Source: Schmidtea polychroa (Eukaryota). Taken from it: 64,000 bases of DNA. Shown piece by piece: positions 48,150-57,537 of this stretch. The stretch spans positions 79,918,001 to 79,982,000 of the forward strand of contig CM097886.1 in the NCBI GenBank assembly GCA_044892525.1, written 5' to 3'. The position numbers and the translations under genes are program-made. The notes under the pieces were generated by a model that worked only from the letters and a program-made list of their open reading frames with translations, searched no databases and was not told where the DNA came from. Positions within the stretch are counted from its first letter, which is position 1; each line of letters starts with the position of its first letter.

Positions 48150-48850
48150 TAAGATTATAAAATAACTGTAAAATTATTGTAATTCTTAATATCATCACTA
48201 GGATTTCTATTAATATTACTAATATTATTAGTATTACCATTATCACTAGTATCATTATTATCCCTATTCGTATCATTATTATTACTATTATTGCTATCAT
48301 TATTATTAATATGATCACTATTATTATTATTATTATTACTATTATTACTATTATTATTGTTATTATTGTTAATATTATCACTANNNNNNNNNNNNNNNNN
48401 NNNNNNNNNNNNNNNNNNNNNNNNNNNNNNNNNNNNNNNNNNNNNNNNNNNNNNNNNNNNNNNNNNNNNNNNNNNNNNNNNNNNNNNNNNNNNNNNNNNN
48501 NNNNNNNNNNNNNNNNNNNNNNNNNNNNNNNNNNNNNNNNNNNNNTTATGATTATTACTATTATTAGTATTATCATTATTATTATTATTATTACTACTAT
48601 CATTATTAATATTATCATTATGATTATTATTACTTTTATTATTATTATTATGATTGATATTATTATTATTATTAACCTCGTTATCATTACTACCCTCATT
48701 ACGACCATTATTATTACCATTATCCTTATTATTATTATCGTTACCATGGTTATTATTGTTATCCCGGTTGTTGCTATTAGTACTATTAACGATAAGTTAT
48801 ATACGACTTGACTAGTATTATTACTAATACTGCCCTTAATATATATAATT
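48150..48850. repeat. (ATT/ATC/ACT)n low-complexity tract with an assembly gap (~48383-48545)
   Basis: Read directly. Confidence 0.9.
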
Positions 48851-49952
48851 TAATTGTAGATAGACATATATATATATATATATATATATATACTTAGTCA
48901 TGGTGGAATATATTAGTAAATGCATAAATATTATACTGATTATATATTATCATTATTACTACTTATAAAAATCAATATCCCAATCTGATATTGATTTTAG
49001 GATTTCCCCAATAAATTAAATATAGAAACAACCCTTTGAGCCAATCAGAGGGATCAGAATTCGGAAAAACTATTTTTAGCAACACCCCCCCCCCCCTCTG
49101 GGAGAATGTTACCATTATTCAAGCCACCTAGGGATGTGAATAAGGGGGTAGGATCAGCTATGCAAGTTAACACTGAATATATAATCAAACTTAAGTTTTA
49201 TCAAATCAACCTAAACGAGAAATTTTATTCATCAAATTGCCTTGAATAATAAAGTACTGTACACCCGGGTTATAGATGCCAAGCACCATGATTTTCACCT
49301 AAGAACGAGAAGCCGAACTCCAGGAGCTGAATCTCTAACTCTCCAGCTGAAAAACGATCGCCAAATTGTCCCTAAATTAAACACATACGATGAAAGAATA
49401 AATTACCCCAAATGCATAGACGATGATTTTACCACTTATAACGAATACAACCAGGGGAAGAGTAAGTGGGCAAGAGACTGAGCTCGTCACTAGTACCCTT
49501 CGCCTGACGTAATCGCATTTAGTGGAAATATTCACATCTACAGAAAATTACCTAAAATTTCCAAAATTTTAACTTATAAAATTCAAATTACCAACTAGTG
49601 GTAAATAAATGACGAATGATTAAATCAATAATTTAAAACAAAACCATTTTTTTTTGAGATTTTCGGATCGGGTATGGATTTTCTGATGTTAACACTTAAC
49701 TCTAATGAATTTTTATTTAATTAAAAAGTATATCAATAGATTAAATAAAATTTGGTCATGTGAGGAGGATTTATATTAATTATAATAAATTTAGTAGTAT
49801 AATAAATTTAGTAGTATAATAAATTTAGTAGTATAATAAATTTAGTAGTTAAGTACTATTGATTTTGAACAAGAACTTTCTGTATGTTTGTTATGACATC
49901 TATTTATAAGCCACGTTGGCTACGAGCGGGCCTTAATATTCATATTATAGAC

Positions 49953-50318
49953 ATGTCGCAATCGAGCTCTAGCAGTGACGAGGGTACTGACCATCAGACG
50001 ATCACCCGTCTCCGGACCCGGTACATCTGGCACCATATACATCGGTGGGGTCAGGGAAGGGACCTGGACTGCGCAAATAGAGTGATCCGGACGGGCCCCG
50101 AAGTAGATGCCCCGGCATGGGTGAAGGTGGAGCCGGGGAATAACCGGTAACAGGAGGCCCGAGATCAAGCAGCCTGGGAGGTGGAAGCCGCTCAGATGCG
50201 ACTCAAGAAGATCGAGATGCAAATCAAGGCGGAAAAGGAGGGAGTGCCTCTGGAAGAATTGGAAGAGGTCGAGGCACACCCGAGAAAGAGGGGGAGGCCC
50301 CGCAAGCACCCCGCGTAA
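49953..50318 (+). pseudogene. LTR-encoded ORF A (121 codons, one in-frame TAA at 50148-50150) ending in an AT-hook
   Basis: The frame stays open past the TAA: QEARDQAAWEVEAAQMRLKKIEMQIK..PRKRGRPRKHPA. Followed by AATAAA at 50441. Confidence 0.65.
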
Positions 50319-50609
50319 TTGTGGGAGGACAATTTGCTCGACATTGACAATTTGTTTTTATATGAACTAATTATTAGGAATCTGCTGTGTTTATTTTATC
50401 TTTTAATTTTGTATTAATAGACGTCGGGTGTTTATTCTCGAATAAAGTATTCTTAGGTGTTTTGTAAATCATTTGATAGATGGGGGGGGGTATAAGGATG
50501 CCCTAGTAGGAAATGTTAAGATTAATTCATTGATTTTAATACTTATTGTCCTAACTTTATTGTTGGGTGTAATGGGAACTAATGAATTTCCTCTTTAGTG
50601 TACAAGTTA

Positions 50610-51068
50610 ATGGAAAATCTCCGGAAGGATCGGGAGCAGGCCCAACACCAAGTCGACGAATTTCGGATCCGGGTGGACAAGTTGAAGGGAAAATGTCGAG
50701 ATTTCGAAGGGACCTGGTTTAGTCCCGAAGCAATGAAAAAGAAAACCGCCCAGATCCTCCAGCTGCAAACGCAGGCCGCCCAAGACCAAATGGAAATCCG
50801 CGCCCTGAAGCTACAGGTGCGGGCGCTCGAAACTGAGAAAAACGAGCAGTTGGTACAAGGGGCTATAGCCAGACAAATACGGCCACTGGCTGTGGACCTC
50901 GCAACTATATATCCCCCAGCCGCTGAAAATAAGCCCAAAAGGAAACGGCTTGGCCGAAATATTCGGGAAAAATTGAAGAAAGCTAGGCTGGCCGAATACG
51001 AGCGGCAAGCAAATTCGTCACCAGCAGCCACGACGGAATTGGCCAGTCCTACCAATAAGCCTGTTTGA
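50610..51068 (+). CDS. LTR-encoded ORF B (152 aa), coiled coil + basic motif
   Basis: FEGTWFSPEAMK and KPKRKRLGR shared with the 9600-10334 ORF. Confidence 0.75.
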   Translation: MENLRKDREQAQHQVDEFRIRVDKLKGKCRDFEGTWFSPEAMKKKTAQILQLQTQAAQDQMEIRALKLQVRALETEKNEQLVQGAIARQIRPLAVDLATIYPPAAENKPKRKRLGRNIREKLKKARLAEYERQANSSPAATTELASPTNKPV

Positions 51069-51474
51069 ACTTATATTCGGTTTTAGGTGTTTTGTAGTAT
51101 ATTTATGTATTGTTGTAGTCTTCAAATAATATGTTCCTTGTTAAAATAATGCACATTTTGTAGTGATAAAATAATGACTAGTATAGTTTATGATTGCCTG
51201 GAAAATGGGAGTTTGTGCATAAGGTTGGGAAAACAATTTTGATAAAGGGACCTGAGAAATCGGACACACACCTTCTATCGGTAGTCCGTGAACCCATGGA
51301 GTACTCGACAATTATAGTGCTTTGATGCGCTCACTTTTTGCGAGTACTCAACCCCTTGGTACAGTACCAACGTTGATTACTCAACGGGTACCAAGCGGAA
51401 ACCAACGTTGTATTTTGGGTTACGCTGGTAACAGCACTCAATCATTCAACCACCAGTAACCCACCATACAAATT

Positions 51475-51492
51475 TGGGGGCTCAGCCGGGAT
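51475..51492 (+). promoter_or_regulatory. Primer-binding site complementary to the tRNA-Pro 3' end
   Basis: TGGGGGCTCAGCCGGGAT(TTG); 16/18 identical to the canonical TGGGGGCTCGTCCGGGAT. Confidence 0.9.
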
Positions 51493-52189
51493 TTGCAAAT
51501 TTAATTGGTGAAAGAACCCGAGAATAGATATAATGGAGAGAGTAAAAGCTGATATAAAGTAATATGCATTCAAGATTGAGCAAATTGTTTTCCCAAACAC
51601 TTTAACTTAGTACATGGATATGTGAATATGATAAAATGTATATGAAATGTTTAAATGAGTGATTGAAGTTTTAAAGTGTGTCAACATATGAATGTATTAA
51701 AAGTGAGTATGAGAGTACTGTACGAATAGCGTAGTAATAGAATGAAATGATAATAAACGAAAATTAAAACTAAAACAAAATATAGGAAAATTGTAAATAT
51801 TAACGATTAATAAAATGTAAATATAAAGAAATAATCAAAATCTAAAAAATAAGGAAAAAAGGGGGATAGCACGCTAATAAAAACAGAACAAATGAACAAC
51901 GTAATTAAACTTAATCAGAAAACGCGTAAAATAGGGCGATAACGAATGGGATATGGGTTATATATAATTAAAACGATTGTAATAAAGTCACAAGATCATG
52001 AAAGAATTTGCGCGGGATAGAACATTAAACAGAGGGAGACGGGGTTGTTAAGAGTGATAAGTAGAAGGTAAAGGTTTATTGAAGCACTAATGAAATAAGG
52101 TGCTCTGGATATTAGAGGGAAAATGATAAAGGGGGAAATGACGCGGAATATTAATAAAAAGAGAACTTTAATTAATAAATCTTAATTAG

Positions 52190-52672
52190 ATGGAATCAAC
52201 CGGCTACATTATAAAGAGACTCGAGAAATTCGTAAATTTAACACACAATTCGCTACAACGACTAAATCGCAAAGCGGACCAGTTGGTGAAAATCCAAGAC
52301 GAGATGAGCTTGAATCCAAGACCGCAAGCTGAGGAAATATGTGTAATGATGAAAATAGCAACACCAAATGCAGAATTGACCACTAAAAGAGTTTATCAAA
52401 TTCAAAATTTACGATTAGATGATGCCAAATTTAACATCAAATGGCAGGAGATAATGATGAAAATGGAAACGATCGAGGAAGAAATTAAAGAAACAATCGA
52501 ACATCAAGTTAAAGATTTTAGAAAATGCTTCATATGCAGAACCAATGAAATACGAGTAATGACGATCCCATGTGGTCATTTATGCTACTGCGAGAATTGC
52601 GCAGAAAAAATTAAACGATGCAACGTATGCGATACGAACGTGAGAGAAAAAATTGTAATATACCTCCCGTAA
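52190..52672 (+). CDS. Coiled-coil + C-terminal C3HC4 RING (IAP/MDM2-type), 160 aa, in the element leader
   Basis: CFICRTNEIRVMTIPCGHLCYCENCAEKIKRCNVCDTNVREKIVIYLP-stop; no BIR domain. Confidence 0.88.
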   Translation: MESTGYIIKRLEKFVNLTHNSLQRLNRKADQLVKIQDEMSLNPRPQAEEICVMMKIATPNAELTTKRVYQIQNLRLDDAKFNIKWQEIMMKMETIEEEIKETIEHQVKDFRKCFICRTNEIRVMTIPCGHLCYCENCAEKIKRCNVCDTNVREKIVIYLP

Positions 52673-53299
52673 GGAGATGTTGTCAAATAAATTTCTTGTG
52701 AATGAATATGGGATGATAAAATTTTTAAATTATATTAAAAAATCCATTATAGCAACCGAAAGGTATAAAACATACGATGAACATAGACATATAAAGGACA
52801 CAGAATACGTTAAATAAATAGACAAGCAACACAGCAATTAGAACTAAAATCAAAATTGAATGCAGGACTGATCATAGTCGTATGAATGAGCTGATCGATA
52901 AGATCAGTACGATTTTTACTTCCAATTTTCTTTTCTTCCTGTTTTATTATTTTGGCATAGAGTGATACGACAATGAGGGGATGACAAGTGAATCGTCCTT
53001 ACGACACTTGCCCGGATGGGGAAATCCTGATCACCCTGACGAGAGAATGTAGTAGGATCCATCGCAAATGTTGGGGAGTTTCTGTCGAGTGACTGATCAC
53101 CACTTGTGGGAAATGAACGAACGCGATTATTATATTTGTTTTGTCTGGGAGACTGGGGTTGACTAAAAGGGTGAATAAAAATAGAAAAATAGAAATAAAA
53201 ATTGAAAAACGCGCGCTAAATGTTAAAAATTTAATCCGAGAGCAGCTGCGGATTTGAAGAAACCGTTTTTGGACTTCAAATCAGATGAGAAATAATGAT

Positions 53300-53906
53300 T
53301 TTTCCCTAGCGAGTGATGAGGCACCCGAGTACAGCGGCTAACCACCGGACTGTAGTGTCCAGGAGATTATCAGCCAAGGGACTGATGATGCTGGATCACC
53401 CTATACAAAAACCCGGATACCACACCGAGTATTGGGCGCACTTTTTTTGAGTTGCTAGCGGGACTTGATACAAAAACCCGGAAGGCTAGCGAGCGAGAGA
53501 GACCCAGTTACCTACACCGAGTATTAAGGAGCCCAGTGAAACGGTTGTGAGATACGGGTCAACCCGTAAAGGACTCGTACTCAACAGGCAACCAAGATTG
53601 GACCAGTTGTGAGGCGGGAGACCGAGAGTCAACTGCATATCCAATTTCCTTTTATCTTCACTAGTCGGGAGATCTGGTTCATCACTTTTGAGAATCAAGA
53701 TCGAGGCGATTAGGCATTTCCATGTTTTTTAAATCCTGATAGATAGGATGTTTTTTTTTCTTCGTGATTATTGCTAGCAGGGGTCGGTACAAAACCCGGA
53801 TGCCCACACCGAGTACCGATAGGCCCAGTGAAACGGCGATGAGATTAGAGTTACCGGTATTAGACTCTTTTCAATAGGCGGCCAAGAATTGAGCCAGTTG
53901 TGAGGC
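53300..53906 (+). repeat. Degenerate leader repeats (TACAAAAACCCGG / CACCGAGTA / CCCAGTGAAACGG / CCAGTTGTGAGGC blocks)
   Basis: TACAAAA(A)CCCGG at 53404, 53469 and 53788; CCCAGTGAAACGG at ~53532 and ~53824. Confidence 0.8.
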
Positions 53907-54073
53907 CTCAGCAGATTAGGAATTTGAGTAGGAGGAGCCTTAAATTTTTAATTAGTCCGAAAGCCAACTGTCAACTCAATTTAATCGCGGTAGGGACGAT
54001 AGTAGAAAGCGTCGAGGGGTTGAAGAAACCTCATTTAGGGCATTTGAAACCGGTCAGGGACCGAAGACCGCGA

Positions 54074-54522
54074 ATATGGCGTAATGGTTTAAAAGCCCAG
54101 GCGTCGAGGAGTCGTAAAAGACTTCAGATTATGATTAAACCGGCCGGAAGCCGATGCCGACGTGGAGGTCTAATAAACCAAAGCGTTGATGGGTAATAAT
54201 GGATTATATGGCGTAATGGTGTAAAAGCCCAGGCGTCGAGGAGTCGTAAAAGACTTCAGATTATGATTAAACCGGCCGGAAGCCGATGCCGACGTGGAGG
54301 TCTAACAAACCAAAGCGTTGATGGGTAATAATGGATTATATGGCGTAATGGTGTAAAAGCCCAGGCGTCGAGGAGTCGTAAAAGACTTCAGATTATGATT
54401 AAACCGGCCGGAAGCCGATGCCGAACTGGAGGTCTAACAAACCAAAGCGTTGATGGGTAATAATGGATTATATGGCGTAACGGTGTAAAAGCCCAGGCGT
54501 CGAGGAGTCGTAAAAGACTTCA
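54074..54522 (+). repeat. 132-bp tandem repeat, 3.4 copies, with degenerate flanking units
   Basis: ATATGGCGTAA at 54074, 54206, 54338 and 54470. Confidence 0.95.
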
Positions 54523-55440
54523 TGAGATTAAAATGAGTTGATTAAACCGGCCAGGGAGCCGATGGTAATTGAGTGAAATAATTTAAATGAAATAGGAGAG
54601 TAGATTGGACCGGTCAGGGAGTCGATGATAAATAAATGTAGATGCAGAGGTCGCGCGAACCAAAGCATCGATGAGTAACTATGAAATTGATTAAATTGAA
54701 ATAGATTAAGTGCGACAAATATGTAAGGAGTAAAGGAGAATTATGATAAAGCGCCGGCGCAAGAGAAAATAAAACCAGTTTTTGGAGGGGAAAAGCGAAC
54801 GAATAGATATTAGTTGAGTTACTGAATTTATTTATTAATGATATGTGTACTTTGATATTTCTATAATTGATATTATATTTGATAATTATAAAAGGGATAG
54901 ATAATTGATGCGACTATATAGATAATTGATATGAGTTATAGATAATTTAAAATCGACTTAAAATCAAAATGGGGCGAATAACGAGAAGTGTAGAAAGTTA
55001 GAAAATTTGAAGCGAAGGAACAGTAAAATAAAGGGAAAATGGGAAGTAAATGAAGGGTTTAATAAAGAGAATTTATGATATGTACTAGAGGTGTTAATTA
55101 TTTTAGAATAAAGCAAACAATTCAGAAAGAAATCAAAGAAATCAAGAAAGCAATAGAAATCAAGAGATCTAGAGAAACCAATCAAAAGCAAGGAATCAAA
55201 GAACTTAATAAAATTAGAGAATTATAAAGATTAAAAAAAAAAAAAAAGCGAGACAATAATCAGAAAATCGAAGCTCGATCGACTAAGTAGAAAATTTATC
55301 AAAGGATATTAAAAGGAGGAAAAATTGATAATATAGCTAGCCGAACCAGACGAAAAAGTAAGGGAAACCTCAGTTTATTAGAAAAGGAAGAGATAGAAAG
55401 AGCCAAGAAAAACAGAAAACTACACAAGAAACCAGCATCA

Positions 55441-57537
55441 GTGGAAACAGCATTTGAATCCGACAGTTTAACTAACGAATTTGAGAACAGCGACGATTTC
55501 AAACGAACCGAATTAGATCCAATAAGCGACGTCGAATCAACTGAAGAAGAGGAAAATATATCCGAGACAACAGAGATAACCGTACTGTGCCAAGAGATAA
55601 TGTCGGACGGAAACACGAACGAACCAAGGGTAACGGACCCACCGGAAACAAGTAATGTGCACGTCAACATTGGAGAATTCAGAGAGAAATTTCGAGGAGA
55701 GCCATTCGATGGAAATATAAACCAGCTAGAAACATTTATAAAAGAATTTGAGGTATACATTACGATATGTCACTGGCCAGACATAGTCGTACGAGAACGA
55801 ATACCCCTATATCTAAAGGGAAGCGCCCAAGACGTATACTTGGAGGCGAAATGTGATGCAACAAAGTTGAGAACGTGGAAAGAGATCAAGGAGTTTTTAA
55901 TAAAAACATTCGGTACCGAAAAAGAAGGAAATCGAAAAATGTTAGACTTCCTGCATCGAAAGCAGAAATATAACGAATCCAACGCACTGTACGCATGCGA
56001 ATTGAGACGACTAGCACGAGAAGCCTTCGATTCAAATCAACCAGTTCCGGAAGACAAGATAATAGCCGTATTCGTAGATGGCATGAAACGAGAGGATATA
56101 CGAGCAACCTTAGGATGTCGAGCACCAGAGACGCTGGAAGAAGCACTAAAAATAGCCAACAAATGCGAAACTTACCTAACACCAATACAAGTAGCAGCAA
56201 TGACAGCAGCTCCAGCAGCTCCAGCAACAACAACAACCACAAACAACCAAGTCAATAATGCAAATCCAGTAATGAATCAATTCATCCCAGGATCGCAACA
56301 GTTGTTCAAAACCCCACAAACGAGAAACCAAGACAATGGAGGTAATATTCAAAATTTTACTAATAATTTCAGGAACAACGACAATCGAACGTGCAACATA
56401 TGCCAACGATCAGGGCATTGGAGCAATGAATGTTATAGAGCAAGGATGTGTCAAAAGTGTGGGAGAAGAGGCCACACGGAAACCATCTGCAGAGGTCCCA
56501 CGATGCCTACGGGCAGAGGAGGAACTAGAACCTCCTACAATTGCAACCAGCCTGGACACATGGCCAGAGAATGCACGATGAGAGCCAAACCAAATCAACC
56601 AGGATCAAACAACCCAATTCAGAACACGCAAATCAACCTCATGCAGGAAATCGAACAATTAAAGGATATGATCCAGCGAATACCGACTAATAATCAACAA
56701 CAACGAATCAACATGATGCAGAGCACCGAAGAAATCCGGAAACAACCAAGTAAGCAACAACAAGACCAACAACGAATCGAATGGCAAAGGTTACAAAACG
56801 AAGAAGCCAGAGAAATTCAAGAAAGATGGAAACAACGGGAAGCGAATCCCGGAAGAATAAATATGATGAGGTTAACAAATAAAGAGGAATCGCACACTGC
56901 GGAGCAGTGTGTTAACAACGAAGGGAGTGATCTGATAAAAACGACGAAAGAAAATGAGATTGATCCACAGACAAAATTGAGCAGCGAAGAGAAAATACAA
57001 TTGATTAAAGAATTTACCAAAGAGGAGAAAGAAAGGAGACAAAAGAAAGATGAGAGCCAAGACGAATCAAAAAGCAATGAGATAGTTACAAAAAATCGAA
57101 TTCAGAGGGTACTACTACAAAAAATCGAAGACAGAATCAAAAACGAAAACCCTACATTAACTAAGGAACAAATCAAAGAAAAAGTGAAAGAGCATTGGTT
57201 CAGGAAAAATGAGTGGTTCGAAAAGAAAGAACCACATACCAAAGCTAAAATAAACATGTTGAGACAAATGCGGAGTGATCAGACGGATCAGGAAGATGAG
57301 AAAAGTGAGGTGAGTAGCCTGGGAGGCGAATTATTTCAGTCAAGTGAGGAAAACAACGAACCGAAAACACCTCCAAACAGTGAAACACCTCAAAGTAGTG
57401 ATGAGAGTGAAAATGATGACATAAAATCAATGATAGAAAAAGATGATGAGGAGATATTTGAGGAAATTTTCGACACAGTAACAGAAATAGAGCGGAATGA
57501 GAGCTACATCAACGAGCTAACATATAGAAATGCGTAA
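55441..57537 (+). CDS. gag: Gag (capsid + three CCHC knuckles + long acidic/Gln-rich extension); first in-frame ATG at 55600
   Basis: FRGEPFDGNINQLETFIKEFE capsid start; CNICQRSGHWSNEC, CQKCGRRGHTETIC and SYNCNQPGHMAREC (third knuckle C to S) at 56392-56574. Confidence 0.92.
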   Translation: METAFESDSLTNEFENSDDFKRTELDPISDVESTEEEENISETTEITVLCQEIMSDGNTNEPRVTDPPETSNVHVNIGEFREKFRGEPFDGNINQLETFIKEFEVYITICHWPDIVVRERIPLYLKGSAQDVYLEAKCDATKLRTWKEIKEFLIKTFGTEKEGNRKMLDFLHRKQKYNESNALYACELRRLAREAFDSNQPVPEDKIIAVFVDGMKREDIRATLGCRAPETLEEALKIANKCETYLTPIQVAAMTAAPAAPATTTTTNNQVNNANPVMNQFIPGSQQLFKTPQTRNQDNGGNIQNFTNNFRNNDNRTCNICQRSGHWSNECYRARMCQKCGRRGHTETICRGPTMPTGRGGTRTSYNCNQPGHMARECTMRAKPNQPGSNNPIQNTQINLMQEIEQLKDMIQRIPTNNQQQRINMMQSTEEIRKQPSKQQQDQQRIEWQRLQNEEAREIQERWKQREANPGRINMMRLTNKEESHTAEQCVNNEGSDLIKTTKENEIDPQTKLSSEEKIQLIKEFTKEEKERRQKKDESQDESKSNEIVTKNRIQRVLLQKIEDRIKNENPTLTKEQIKEKVKEHWFRKNEWFEKKEPHTKAKINMLRQMRSDQTDQEDEKSEVSSLGGELFQSSEENNEPKTPPNSETPQSSDESENDDIKSMIEKDDEEIFEEIFDTVTEIERNESYINELTYRNA

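Larger units (their letters stand above)
45885..51470 (+). repeat. 5' LTR (~5.6 kb including an N gap; left end uncertain)
   Basis: Ends CCATACA 4 nt before the PBS. The start TGTTGGGCT is chosen by analogy to 7398. Contains low-complexity tracts, a 17-bp x4 repeat (49781-49848) and two ORFs. Confidence 0.65.

Noticed and set aside
48085-48811. Ile-rich ORFs spanning the N gap
   Set aside because: Low-complexity triplet repeats plus an assembly gap.
53036-53840. Hammerhead ribozyme candidates (CTGACGA 53036, CTGATGA 53382, GTGAAAC ~53536 and ~53828)
   Set aside because: The core motifs are not arranged with a closing stem II and stem III-UH in any permutation I could build.
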